NCBI GenBank assembly: GCA_963717255.1
Contig: CAVQVT010000014.1
Coordinates: forward strand, 8,751-72,750
DNA length: 64,000 nt
Reading direction: 5' to 3'
DNA from: an uncultured Chloroflexia bacterium
GTDB taxonomy: Bacteria; Chloroflexota; Limnocylindria; Limnocylindrales; CSP1-4
Shown piece after piece: positions 20,301 through 29,472 of this stretch (positions are counted from its first letter, which is position 1; every line of letters begins with the position of its first letter). The notes below the pieces were generated by a model, which was not told where the DNA came from, did no database searches, and saw only the letters and a program-made list of their open reading frames with translations. Position numbers and translations under genes: made by a program.

Positions 20301-20408
20301 GCCGGCGTGCTGCTCCTCGGGGGCTCGCTCGTGATCGCGCTGCTGGTGACGCTCGCGGTGGCGTTCGGGACCGATCGACCGACGGCCACGGCACCCGCCC
20401 CGGCGTAG
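17336..20408 (+). pseudogene. YhgE/Pip domain protein (N-terminal TM plus extracellular domain, long LxxG heptad-repeat middle, C-terminal ABC-2-like membrane domain); in frame with the MMPL, with one frame correction near 19470
   Basis: RRRLAVALVLAALVPVTFAGL plus GRYGAVLTIPADFS match the YhgE/Pip N-terminus. About 600 aa of ..LA(D/T)G(A/T)xQLxxG.. repeats follow. After an apparent inserted A in ggc-a-ggc (~19473) the protein continues in ORF 19350..20408 with the multi-TM C-terminal domain. An in-frame GTG at 17336 is a possible independent start. Confidence 0.75.
19019..19270 (+). repeat. two near-identical 126-nt (42-codon) tandem units inside the YhgE/Pip repeat region
   Basis: PQLEAGIAQSATGAKALADALTALAAGASQLADGTAKLAAGM is followed by PQLEAGIAQAATGAKALADALTALAAGASQLTDGTAKLAEGT. 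Further, more diverged ~40-codon units lie upstream (18300-18700). Confidence 0.8.
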
Positions 20409-20466
20409 GGGGAGCGCCGGAGCTGGGCGACGGGTCCGGACCCGCCACAGCCCTGACGTGGAGGCG

Positions 20467-20715
20467 TCAGTAGAGCGACGGGATGAGTCGGCGCGTGCGC
20501 TGGCGGTAGGCCGCGTAGCCGGCGAAGCGCTCGTCGAGCCACGCCTCCTCGCGGCGGGACTTGAGATCGAAGAACACGAGGAGCGCGACGGCGCCCGCCA
20601 GGGCGGCCGGCGAGGCCATGGCGAGGCCCCAGCCAAGGGCCGCGATCACGAAGCCGCCGTACATCGGGTGCCGGACGAGCCCGAAGGCGCCGACCGAGGT
20701 CCGGCAGGTGAACAC
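20467..20715 (-). pseudogene. C-terminal fragment of an isoprenylcysteine carboxyl / phospholipid methyltransferase-family membrane protein
   Basis: GLVRHPMYGG motif plus a following TM helix and ..EEAWLDERFAGYAAYRQRTRRLIP. Only 82 codons; the frame is closed about 35 nt upstream, so the N-terminal helices are missing or in another frame. Confidence 0.5.
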
Positions 20716-20756
20716 GGAGGGTGGTGAGGGAACGCCCGCTCGTCGAGATCATCGCC

Positions 20757-21092
20757 CTACCTCCCCCGCCCGACCTGCCCGGCGATGATCGCAAGGCCGA
20801 CGAGGATGAGCAGGAGCGCGAACACCGGAACGTCGAGGCCGGCCATGACGCCCAGGCCCGCCAGGACCGCGCCGATCCCGAGGATCACCCCGAACCGCTC
20901 CGGCGCGAGCCCGAGGTAGACGCGCGTCGCGTTGAGACCGAGCAGCAGGACGCCGAACCCGGCCAGCCAGGTCCCGTCGGGGAGGCCGGGGATGAGGGCG
21001 AGCGCCCCCGTCATGAGGAACAGGAGTCCCCAACCGATCGCGTCGATCCGGCCGGGGATGTCACGTCGTGCCATGTCTGTTGCCGTTCCCAT
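20757..21092 (-). CDS. small hypothetical membrane protein (3-4 TM helices)
   Basis: GWGLLFLMTGALALIPGL, LAGFGVLLLGL, VILGIGAVLAGLGVMAGL, VFALLLILVGLAIIAG. Divergent from the TetR gene at 21279. Confidence 0.5.
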   Translation of the reverse strand: MGTATDMARRDIPGRIDAIGWGLLFLMTGALALIPGLPDGTWLAGFGVLLLGLNATRVYLGLAPERFGVILGIGAVLAGLGVMAGLDVPVFALLLILVGLAIIAGQVGRGR

Positions 21093-21166
21093 CGGTCTGT
21101 CTCCCGTGGCTGAGCCACGCCTCCTGGTGTGTCGGGCCTCGCCCGTCTCGCGATGTCCGGATACTA

Positions 21167-21188
21167 GTAGAACGAGCGCTCGTTCTAC
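21167..21188. promoter_or_regulatory. perfect 22-bp palindrome, candidate TetR operator
   Basis: GTAGAACGAGCGCTCGTTCTAC is its own reverse complement. A related half-site, GAGCGAACGTTCTAC, recurs at 21241-21255 just upstream of the TetR RBS. Confidence 0.55.
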
Positions 21189-21278
21189 ATGTGCCGTTCG
21201 GCCCTATGTCGCAGGGCGCGCGAGAGGGGTAGACTGCGATGAGCGAACGTTCTACGTAGACCTCTCGGGAGGCCACGA

Positions 21279-21902
21279 ATGCCACGGATCACGGCCGAGC
21301 ACGAGGCGGAGAAGCGGGCGCACATCCTCGCGGCCGCACGCCGGGTGTTCGTCGCGAAGGGCTTCCACGACGCGAGCATCGACGACGTCGTCGCCGAGAG
21401 CGGCGTCTCCGTGGGCGCCATCTACAACTACTACGGGGGCAAGGACGAGCTGATCCACGAGAGCATCCTCGCCGCGGTCAATGTCGAGGCGGACGCCGTC
21501 CTCGCCGACGGCCGGTTCGTCGGCAACGCTCGCGACAAGATGGAGCGGGCGATCTGGGGGTATTTCGACTACACGATCGACGCGCCCGGCGCCGCCGCCT
21601 TCCTCGTCCAGTGCTGGGCGGTGGCGTCGCAGAGGCCGCTCATCCGCGACCTCCTCGTCCGGCGCCGCGAGCGGACGGTGACGGTCGCCGCGCTCATCGG
21701 CCGCGAGGCCGTCGAGACTGGCGAGCTCCCGGGCGACTTCGACGTCGAGGCCATGGCCCGGGGGTTCACCGCCCTGCTCGACGGCCTCGTCCTCCAGCGC
21801 GTGGAGGAGGGCGACGCCTACCGCCGCGCCGACATGGAGCGGCGGGTGCTGGCGTTCCTGGATCTCGTCGCCCCGCGTCGGGCCGATGCCGGCGAGAGCT
21901 AG
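21279..21902 (+). CDS. TetR/AcrR family transcriptional regulator
   Basis: RAHILAAARRVFVAKGFHDASIDDVVAESGVSVGAIYNYYGGKDEL. GGGAGG RBS. Confidence 0.9.
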   Translation: MPRITAEHEAEKRAHILAAARRVFVAKGFHDASIDDVVAESGVSVGAIYNYYGGKDELIHESILAAVNVEADAVLADGRFVGNARDKMERAIWGYFDYTIDAPGAAAFLVQCWAVASQRPLIRDLLVRRRERTVTVAALIGREAVETGELPGDFDVEAMARGFTALLDGLVLQRVEEGDAYRRADMERRVLAFLDLVAPRRADAGES

Positions 21903-22537
21903 GGGGACCGGCGCTCCGCGAAGCGCGGCGCCCACAGCCCGATCCCGACGCCGAACGCGATGTGGCCGACGAGCATGATCCGGCCGATCCGAGCCGCCTC
22001 GCCGGACCGGAGACCGAACCAGCCGTAGCCCATCGACGGGAACATGACGAGGAGCGGCAGCACGGCCGTCGCGATGCCGAACGCCGTCCCTCCGAGGAAG
22101 GTCGGTCGCCCGTCCCCTCGACGCGGGAGCATCAGGAACGCCTGCGTGAGGATGACGCCCGTGCCGTAGTGCGTGAGGAAGCCGAGGGCGACCTCCCCGC
22201 GCTGCGCCGGCTCGCTCGTGATGTCGGCCCGGCGCCACTGGCCGCGCACCAGGCCGGCCACCCAGCGACCGATCACGTCCACGTCGGTGCGCTCGGAGGT
22301 GAACGCCCTCCCTCCGAGGCTGCCAGCGGCCACGATGGCGACGTCCATGATGACGGTCGCCAGCACGCCCGCCGGGACACCGGCCGGAACGGGGATCGCG
22401 CGAGTGCGACCGACGCGCATCACGCGGCCATTATCCGTCGCCCCGCATCGGCACGTCACGTTCATGCCCATCGCCTCTGGCGCCGTGAACGCCACCGCGG
22501 ACATGGTTCCCCGACGCCGCGAGCCTGGCGGCGTCAC
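21899..22537 (-). CDS. DUF2938-like integral membrane protein (real start probably near 22421)
   Basis: VIGRWVAGLVRGQWRRADI..GEVALGFLTHYGTGV, flanked by TM helices. The family assignment is from memory of the DUF2938 pattern. Confidence 0.5.
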   Translation of the reverse strand: MTPPGSRRRGTMSAVAFTAPEAMGMNVTCRCGATDNGRVMRVGRTRAIPVPAGVPAGVLATVIMDVAIVAAGSLGGRAFTSERTDVDVIGRWVAGLVRGQWRRADITSEPAQRGEVALGFLTHYGTGVILTQAFLMLPRRGDGRPTFLGGTAFGIATAVLPLLVMFPSMGYGWFGLRSGEAARIGRIMLVGHIAFGVGIGLWAPRFAERRSP

Positions 22538-22644
22538 CCTGCGGCGTCCCGCAGTCCGCGTGCTGCACGGAGGGGACGAGGCTGGGGCATCACACCCGAC
22601 ATCGCGGCGCCGGGGCGGGGGACGTGCCGGGAGGAACCTCGCGC

Positions 22645-23570
22645 ATGACCGGACCGGTCATCGTGGTCGAGTCGCTCGAGAAGTCCTACGGCTCCGTCCG
22701 CGCCGTGGACGCGATCTCGTTCGAGGTCGAGGCGGGCGAGATCTTCGGCGTCGTCGGTCCGAACGGCGCCGGAAAGACGACCACGATCGAGTGCCTCGAG
22801 GGGCTGCGCGCACCCGACGGCGGGCAGTGTGCGCGTCCTCGGGCTCGACCCGCGCCGCGACGGCGCCGCGCTCCGGGAACGGATCGGGGCGCAGCTCCAG
22901 TCGAGCGCCCTTCCGGCCAGGTTGCGGGTCGGAGAGGCCGTGCGCCTGTTCGGGTCCTTCTACGCAACACCCTCTCGAGCCCGGGTCGATCCTCGACGGG
23001 CTCGGCCTCGCCGACAGGAAGAACGTCGCCTACGCCGAGCTCTCCGGGGGCCAGAAGCAGCGCCTCTCGATCGCGCTGGCGCTGGTCGGCGATCCCGAGC
23101 TGGTCTTCTTCGACGAGCTGACGAGCGGGCTCGATCCCCAGGCTCGCCACGCGACCTGGGACCTCGTCCGCGATGTTCGAGCCAGGGGGAAGACGGTCTT
23201 CCTGACGACGCACTACATGGAAGAGGCCGAGCGGCTGTGCGACCGCGTGATGATCATCGACGCAGGGCGGATCGTCGCGCTCGACACCCCCGCGGCGCTT
23301 GTTCGCGCCCTTCGCGTGGAGCAGCGGATCGCCTTCGATGCCGACGGAATGGCCGACGAGGTCCTCGAGGCACTGCGGGCGATCCCCGGGGTGGAGCGCG
23401 TCGAGCGGTCGGGCGGCCGCGTGGTGGTGTACGGACAGTCGGATCAGGTCCTGGTGCCGGTCCTCGACGCTCTCCGGGAAGCGCACCTGCCGTTCCACGA
23501 TCTGCAGACGGAGCAGCCGAACCTCGAGGACGTCTTCCTGACCCTGACCGGACGAGAGATGCGGGACTGA
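22645..23570 (+). pseudogene. ABC transporter ATP-binding protein (DrrA-like, ABC-2 subfamily), needs 2 frame corrections
   Basis: Walker A GPNGAGKTT is in frame 1 (ORF 22624..). VRVLGLDPRRDGAALRERIGAQLQ is in ORF 22829... The signature LSGGQKQRLS, Walker B LVFFDELTSGLD and H-loop TTHYMEE are in ORF 22173..23570. The frame switches near 22828 and near 22970. Confidence 0.8.
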
Positions 23571-23583
23571 GGGCGCGACGGCG

Positions 23584-24333
23584 ATGACGATCCGCGGGCT
23601 GTCCATCTTCACCTGGACACAGGGGAAGCTCTACCTCCGCGAGCCCATCGCGACCTTCTTCACGATGTTCTTCGCGCCGCTCATGCTCGTCCTGTTCGGG
23701 CTCATCTACGGCAATGAGCCGAACGAGATCTTCGGTGGGCTCGGGTCCATGGACGTCACCGTCCCGGCCTACCTCGGGATCATCATCGTGACCGTGGGTC
23801 TCATCGGCCTCCCGATCCAGACGTCGGTCAACCGCGAGCTCGGGATCCTGCGCCGCTACCGGGTCACCCCGCTGCGCCCCCTGACCTACTTCGTCGCCGA
23901 CGTGACCTCCTACTGGGTCATGGCGCTGGCGGGCTTGGTGCTCCTCGTCATCGTCGCGAAGCTGGCGTACGACGTGCGGTTCGAGGGCGACATCCTGAGC
24001 GTGCTGGCCGGCTTCACCCTCTGCACCCTGTCCTTCCTCGCGATCGGTTTCGTGATCGCGAGCTTCGCCCCCTCCGCGCGTGTCGCCCAGACGGTCGGGA
24101 TGGTGATCGCCTACCCGATGATGTTCCTCTGCGGGGCGACGATCCCTCTCGAGATGCTCCCCTCGAGCGTCCAGCAGATCGCCGCCTTCCTGCCCCTGAC
24201 GTACGTGGTCAAGCTCATGCGGGGACTCTGGGTCGGCGAGCCATGGTCCGATCTGTGGCTGGAGGTGGTCGTGCTGACCGCCGTCCTCGTCGTCTGCGGT
24301 CTGGCATCGGCGCGGTTCTTCCGCTGGGAGTGA
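23584..24333 (+). CDS. ABC-2 type transporter permease
   Basis: 249 aa, 6 predicted TM helices, immediately downstream of the ATPase. The C-terminal block AAFLPLTYVVKLMRGLW is typical of ABC-2 permeases. Confidence 0.8.
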   Translation: MTIRGLSIFTWTQGKLYLREPIATFFTMFFAPLMLVLFGLIYGNEPNEIFGGLGSMDVTVPAYLGIIIVTVGLIGLPIQTSVNRELGILRRYRVTPLRPLTYFVADVTSYWVMALAGLVLLVIVAKLAYDVRFEGDILSVLAGFTLCTLSFLAIGFVIASFAPSARVAQTVGMVIAYPMMFLCGATIPLEMLPSSVQQIAAFLPLTYVVKLMRGLWVGEPWSDLWLEVVVLTAVLVVCGLASARFFRWE

Positions 24334-24505
24334 GCGGCCCGAGGCGGCTACGGCGGGCCTCACCCGCCCGGCCGGCTGGCAGGTGTTCCGTCCCACGCGC
24401 CGCGCACGCGAGTCCACGCAGCGTCATGTAAAGGAGGCTTGACAGGACTGCCTCTCGTCGCTAGAGTCATGCCAAGCGAGCTTTACACGATGAGGCAGAG
24501 GGTCT

Positions 24506-24709
24506 GTGATGGTCAACCGGGTCAAGGAGCTGCGCGTGGCGGCGGGTCTGCGTCAGGAAGACCTCGCTGCCAGCACCGGGGTCAGCCGCCAGACGATCAT
24601 CTCCATCGAGCGCGGCCGCTACAACCCGTCGCTCGAGCTCGCCTGGAAGCTGGCCAGGAGGCTGGGCGTGACCATCGAGGAGCTCTTCTGCTTCACGGAG
24701 GGAGACTGA
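24506..24709 (+). CDS. XRE-family (Cro/C1-type) HTH transcriptional regulator, small YozG-like
   Basis: LRVAAGLRQEDLAASTGVSRQTIISIERGRYNPSLELAWKLARRLGVTIEELF. Confidence 0.85.
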   Translation: MMVNRVKELRVAAGLRQEDLAASTGVSRQTIISIERGRYNPSLELAWKLARRLGVTIEELFCFTEGD

Positions 24710-24710
24710 C

Positions 24711-25088
24711 ATGCGGACCGCACGCATGACCATCCTCATCGCGGCGGTGCTCGCGCTGCCCTATCTCGTCATCGGCCTGTGGTCCGACGGCCCGAACGCC
24801 GGACGACTCATCGGCGGCGGCATCTTCCTGCTCGTGGTGAGCGGCGTCGCCGCCGCGTTCATGGCATGGCGCGGCAAGCGCATCGACGAGACCCAGGACG
24901 AGCGCCAGACGTTCATCGTCGGCAACGCGATGCGCTTCTCGTTCTGCGTCATGGCCGTCGCCGTGCAGGCGTACTGGGCCTGGCAGTTCGCGACCCTGGG
25001 CAACGCCGGCGACAGCTCGTTCTGGCTTCTCGTCGCCCTCTGGGGCTCGTTCCTCGGCGGCGTCGTCTACAACCAGGCCAGACACTGA
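24711..25088 (+). CDS. small membrane protein partnered with the XRE regulator
   Basis: Starts 2 nt after the XRE stop. Four hydrophobic helices. No family was recognised with confidence. Confidence 0.55.
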   Translation: MRTARMTILIAAVLALPYLVIGLWSDGPNAGRLIGGGIFLLVVSGVAAAFMAWRGKRIDETQDERQTFIVGNAMRFSFCVMAVAVQAYWAWQFATLGNAGDSSFWLLVALWGSFLGGVVYNQARH

Positions 25089-25146
25089 CTCGCACCGAAG
25101 GAGGACGTCATGGGAGGCGAGCGGAGAGCATGAGAGAGGGTGTGAC

Positions 25147-26094
25147 GTGATGGCTCTGGTGGTCGACGGCCTGGTCAAGGACTTCGGGAGCGTCCGGGCG
25201 CTCGACGGCGTGACGTTCTCGGTCCAGCGCGGGGGCATCTGCGGATTCCTCGGTGCGAACGGTGCCGGCAAGACAACGACCATGCGGATCGTCCTCGGGT
25301 TCCTGCGCCCGGATTCCGGGAGCGTGACGTGGGACGACCGCGAGACGCGGGAGTGGCCGCGCCGCACGTGGGGCTACATGCCCGAGGAGCGGGGCCTCTA
25401 CTTGCGCATGCCGGTCATCGACCAGCTGGTGTTCTTCGGGACGCTGTACGGCCTCACGCGATCGCGGGCGCGCGCGCTGGCCTCCGAGTGGCTGGCTCGC
25501 TTTCGGATCGCCGACTACGCCGACAGGAAGGCCGAGAGCCTGTCGAAGGGCAACCAGCAGAAGGTCCAGTTCATCGCGACGGTCCTCCACGACCCCGACG
25601 TGATCCTGATGGACGAGCCGTTCGTCGGCCTCGATCCGATCAACGCCGCCCTCCTCCGGGAGGCTTTCCTGGAGCTGCGCGACCGCGGCAAGACCCTTCT
25701 GTTCAGCACGCACCAGCTCGACCAGGCCGAGGAGCTGTGCGACTCGGTCGCCATCATCGACCACGGTCGGGTCGTCACGGCCGGGCCCACGCGCGAGGTC
25801 AAGCGCTCGGCGGGTCACCAGGTCGTCCGCGTGGCGACCTCCGTCCCGGACGAGCTCGTCTGGTTGCGGTCGTTGCCGCACGTGACCGTCACGCATCCGG
25901 GGCGGGACTACACGGAGGTCCGCGTCGATGCCGGCGCAGACCCGCAGTCGGTCCTCCGGGCCGCGGTCGCCAGGGGTGGCGACGTGCTCCGCTTCGAGGT
26001 GGCCGACCCTTCGCTCGAGCAGGTCTTCGTCGATCGCGTCGGTGCGCTCGACGTCGAGGAGAGGACGCTGGCGGCCCCGGAGGCGCGGCTATGA
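25147..26094 (+). CDS. ABC transporter ATP-binding protein (NatA-like)
   Basis: Walker A GANGAGKTT, Q-loop, signature LSKGNQQKVQ, Walker B ILMDEPFVGLD, H-loop STHQLD. Confidence 0.9.
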   Translation: MMALVVDGLVKDFGSVRALDGVTFSVQRGGICGFLGANGAGKTTTMRIVLGFLRPDSGSVTWDDRETREWPRRTWGYMPEERGLYLRMPVIDQLVFFGTLYGLTRSRARALASEWLARFRIADYADRKAESLSKGNQQKVQFIATVLHDPDVILMDEPFVGLDPINAALLREAFLELRDRGKTLLFSTHQLDQAEELCDSVAIIDHGRVVTAGPTREVKRSAGHQVVRVATSVPDELVWLRSLPHVTVTHPGRDYTEVRVDAGADPQSVLRAAVARGGDVLRFEVADPSLEQVFVDRVGALDVEERTLAAPEARL

Positions 26095-27416
26095 GCGGCC
26101 TCGCGAACATCGCGGCCGTCGCGCGCCGGGAGTACATGGTCCGGGTCACGACCCGGAGCTACGTCTTCGGCACCGTCGTCCTGCTCGTGGGCGTCCTCGC
26201 CATCGCGTTCGCTCCGGTCATCATCCGGGCGATCGACCAGTCGAGCCAGCAGCGGATCGCCGTCCACGTCGCCGCGACCGACCTCGCGGGCGATCCCGCC
26301 GCGACCCTGTCGGGCCTTCTCAACGCGGCGACGGACACCGGGACGCCGGCGTCCGACCGGAAGCCCGACTTCGTCGTCACTCCCGTACCCGACCTCGCCA
26401 CGGCCCGGCAGGCGGTCGTCGCCGGGGAGTACGCGGCCGCCCTGGAGATCGGGCGGGCGACCGGCGGCGAGCTGGGATTCACGCTGTACACGAACGACAG
26501 CGCGACGGGCCGGACGGCCGGCCTGATCCGCCAGGCGACGACTGCGATCGCGGTCAGTGACCGGCTCGCCCGGCTCGGGGTCGCGCCGGCCGGCCAGGCG
26601 GGCCTCTTCGCGCCCGCCGCGTTCGGCGTCGAGTGGCCCGACCCCGCGAAGAGCGGCCCCACGCGCGGGACGACCGAAGCGATCGGCCAGGACATGCTCG
26701 GCTTCGGGATGACCCTTCTGATCTTCATGATGGTCATCCTCTACGGCCAGTGGGTCGCGGCGAGCGTCGTCGAGGAGAAGTCGTCGCGCGTGATGGAGGT
26801 GGTCCTCAACGCCGCGACACCGTTCCAGCTCCTGACCGGCAAGGTGCTCGGCGTCGGCGCCCTCGCGCTCACGCAGTACGGTGCGCTGCTGCTGACCGGC
26901 GTGGCGGCGCTGCTCGCGCAGGACGTGGTCGCGGGCATCGTCCTCGGCGACACGGGGGGTTCGACGCCACTTCCGCAGGGCCTGACCGTCGAGCTCCTGC
27001 TGCTCTTCGGCCTCTATGGCATCCTCGGCTTCCTGCTGTTCGCCGTGCTGTACGCCGCCGCCGGGTCACTCGTCAGCCGCCAGGAGGACGTCAACGCCAT
27101 CGTCATGCCGATGACGGTCTTCGCGACCTTCGGCTACCTCGTCGGGGTCTACGCGGCGATGGGCCTGCTCGACATCAAGGCAGCCTGGATGGTCGCGCTC
27201 GCCCAGGTCCCGCTCGTCAGCCCGTACATGATGCTCGGTCGGGTCACGACGGGAGAGGCCATGGTCTGGGAGGTACCGGTCTCGGTGGCGCTCCTCGTGG
27301 CAGCCATCGTGGGCGCGCTCTGGCTGGCCGCCCGCATCTACGCTGCCGGCGTGCTCATGTACGGCCAGCGGCCAAGCGCTCGTGCGATCTGGCGCCTCGT
27401 GCGCTCGGGGACGTAG
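26091..27416 (+). CDS. ABC-2 family permease (NatB-like, large extracytoplasmic loop after TM1)
   Basis: ATGA overlap with the ATPase stop. MSGLANIAAVARREYMVRVTTRSYVFGTVVLLV.., followed by a ~170-aa loop and 5 C-terminal helices. Confidence 0.8.
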   Translation: MSGLANIAAVARREYMVRVTTRSYVFGTVVLLVGVLAIAFAPVIIRAIDQSSQQRIAVHVAATDLAGDPAATLSGLLNAATDTGTPASDRKPDFVVTPVPDLATARQAVVAGEYAAALEIGRATGGELGFTLYTNDSATGRTAGLIRQATTAIAVSDRLARLGVAPAGQAGLFAPAAFGVEWPDPAKSGPTRGTTEAIGQDMLGFGMTLLIFMMVILYGQWVAASVVEEKSSRVMEVVLNAATPFQLLTGKVLGVGALALTQYGALLLTGVAALLAQDVVAGIVLGDTGGSTPLPQGLTVELLLLFGLYGILGFLLFAVLYAAAGSLVSRQEDVNAIVMPMTVFATFGYLVGVYAAMGLLDIKAAWMVALAQVPLVSPYMMLGRVTTGEAMVWEVPVSVALLVAAIVGALWLAARIYAAGVLMYGQRPSARAIWRLVRSGT

Positions 27417-27489
27417 GGCGGTCGAGTCGACGCCGACGTAGCGCGGAGCCGGGCGCGGGCGCCGGCTTCGGATGCCGGATCGCCCTCCG

Positions 27490-28242
27490 TCACGACACGA
27501 GCGGCTTGTGGCAGCTCACGACCCGGTTGTCCGCGAGGAACAGGACGGGCTTGTATCGGACGGTCAGGTCCGCGAATCCGGCATCCTCGAGGATCCGGCG
27601 GAAGTCGGCCTCGGTCCAGCTCCAGGGGACGCCGGGGCCGGCAGTCCGCTCGCTCGACGGCTTCCTCGGGTCGAGGTCGAGCTCGTCGACATACACGAAG
27701 CGTCCGCCCGGGCGCAGTACCCGGAACACCTCGGCCAGGTTCGCCGGCGCCGTGATGGCGGTGACCGCGGAGAACTCGCCGTCGTTGAAGGGCAACACGG
27801 CCGAGCTGGCGGGCACGAGCCGGGCCGTCCCACCGGCCAGCCGGTCCGCGAGCCGCTGCTCGGCCTCGCGCAGCATGGTCCGCGAGGGGTCAAGGCCAAC
27901 GACCCGGCGAACATGGCGCGCCTTGGAGGCCAGGAACGCCCCAGGCCCGCAGCCGATGTCCAGCAGCTCGTCGTCGGGCTGCAGGTCGAGCATCTCGGCG
28001 ACGACCGCGTACACGCCCGCATGGCTGATCGGTTGGAACTTCGCGAACGCCCGCCCGATCGGCCCGTTGAACCAGAAGCCCCGCGGCCCACCCGGCGCGA
28101 GCACCGTGAACTGCGGATCCTCCTCGGACGACGTGGGTGCCTGCGGTCCCCGCCCCCCGAGCCGGCCGCGGGCGAGAGCGCCGCCCGCGACGGCGGCCGT
28201 GGCCCCGCCGGCAACGAGGGCAAGCTTGGCGACGCGGCGCAT
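27490..28242 (-). CDS. class I SAM-dependent methyltransferase with a hydrophobic N-terminal segment
   Basis: Motif I LLDIGCGPGAF, LPFNDGEFSAV, and post-II VLRPGGRFVYVD. Confidence 0.8.
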   Translation of the reverse strand: MRRVAKLALVAGGATAAVAGGALARGRLGGRGPQAPTSSEEDPQFTVLAPGGPRGFWFNGPIGRAFAKFQPISHAGVYAVVAEMLDLQPDDELLDIGCGPGAFLASKARHVRRVVGLDPSRTMLREAEQRLADRLAGGTARLVPASSAVLPFNDGEFSAVTAITAPANLAEVFRVLRPGGRFVYVDELDLDPRKPSSERTAGPGVPWSWTEADFRRILEDAGFADLTVRYKPVLFLADNRVVSCHKPLVS

Positions 28243-28490
28243 GGTGCCGTCCTCCCGGAACGCCTGCGGCGGGTCGGTCTCGCCTGTGACTCGGCGCGGT
28301 CCGGGTGTCCGGGTTCGAGCCGGGCGTCAGAGCCTCCCGCTCGGACCGAGCGTCGCCCCGGGTGTCCGGGTCCACCAGAGCCGGATGTCGTCGCGGATGG
28401 GCGGGGCCGTGATCAGGCGCGCCATCGACCACCTATGCTCGGGACGACATCGTCGACAGGCACGGGCGCAAGGACACGGATCGGAGACTC

Positions 28491-29472
28491 ATGAGAGCGA
28501 TCGTCTGCACGCGCTACGGGCCGGCGGATGTCCTTCGACTCAGGGACATGCGGAAGCCCGTGCCGAAGGACGACGAGGTGCTGGTCCGGATCCGGGCAAC
28601 GACCGTGAGCGCGGCCGACTGCGAGCTTCGGCGGTTCGACTTCGCCCCCTGGATCTGGCTCCCGATGCGACTCGGCTTCGGGGTCTTCCGGCCGCGGAGA
28701 CGCGTGCTCGGGCAGGAGCTCGCCGGTGACGTCGAGGCGGTGGGCAAGAAGGTCGGGTCGCTCAAGAAGGGCGACCGGGTCTTCGGGACGACGGGCATCG
28801 GGCTGGGGGCCTATGCGGAGTACATCTGCCTGCGCGAGGATCCGCCGACCGGGGCGATGGCGACGATGCCGGCGAACCTCGACTACCCGGAGGCGGCGGC
28901 CATCCCCTACGGGGGAGGCGAGGCCCTCGGCTTCCTGCGCAAGGCGGACGTCCGGGGCGGCCAGCGGGTCCTGGTCAACGGGGCGGGCGGGAGCTTCGGC
29001 ACGTTCGCGGTCCAGCTCGCCAAGATCCTCGGGGCGCACGTGACCGCGGTGGACAGCGCGCCGAAGCTGGAGATGCTGCGCACGCTCGGCGCGGACCGCG
29101 TCATCGACTACGCCCGGGAGGACGTCACCGCCGGCCGGGAGCACTACGACGTCATCTTCGACATCGTCCGCGGCACGCCGTCCGACCGCATGGTGCAGGT
29201 CGCTGACCGGGAACGGATGGCTGCTCATGGCCAACCCGGGCTTCCTGCAGATCGTCCGCGCCTGGAGGGCGTCGAGAGGGACCGGGAAGCGGTGGTCGAT
29301 CGCGGGAGCGGGTGGCACGAAGGAGGACCTGGCCTACCTGCGCGGCCTGGTCGAAGCGGGACGGCTGCGCCCGGTCATCGACCGGCGCTTCCCGCTCGAG
29401 CAGATGGTCGAGGCCCACCGGTACGCCGAGACCGGCCAGAAGCTGGGGAACATCGTCGTCACCGTCGAGTAG
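28491..29472 (+). pseudogene. NADPH:quinone oxidoreductase / zinc-type alcohol dehydrogenase-like (MDR) protein, one frame correction near 29190
   Basis: MRAIVCTRYGPADVL..GDRVFG..VNGAGGSFGTFAVQLAKILGAHV (Rossmann) is in ORF 28491... The C-terminus ..[40 protein letters not shown] is in ORF 29227..29472. Confidence 0.8.

Noticed and set aside
14648-20794. 2048-aa minus-strand ORF, plus the 1817-aa plus-strand ORF 14143..19596, both overlapping the MMPL/YhgE genes
   Set aside because: They are arginine/glycine/proline-rich and have no recognisable motifs. They run antisense or out of frame to a gene with clear MMPL and YhgE signatures. This is the typical long open frame of very GC-rich DNA.
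20467-21092. ORFs 20757..21092 and 20467..20715 as one frameshifted ICMT-family gene
   Set aside because: The combined size (~190 aa) and hydrophobicity would fit. However, I could not find the expected linker motif in any frame across 20716-20756, so the join is unsupported. They are listed separately.
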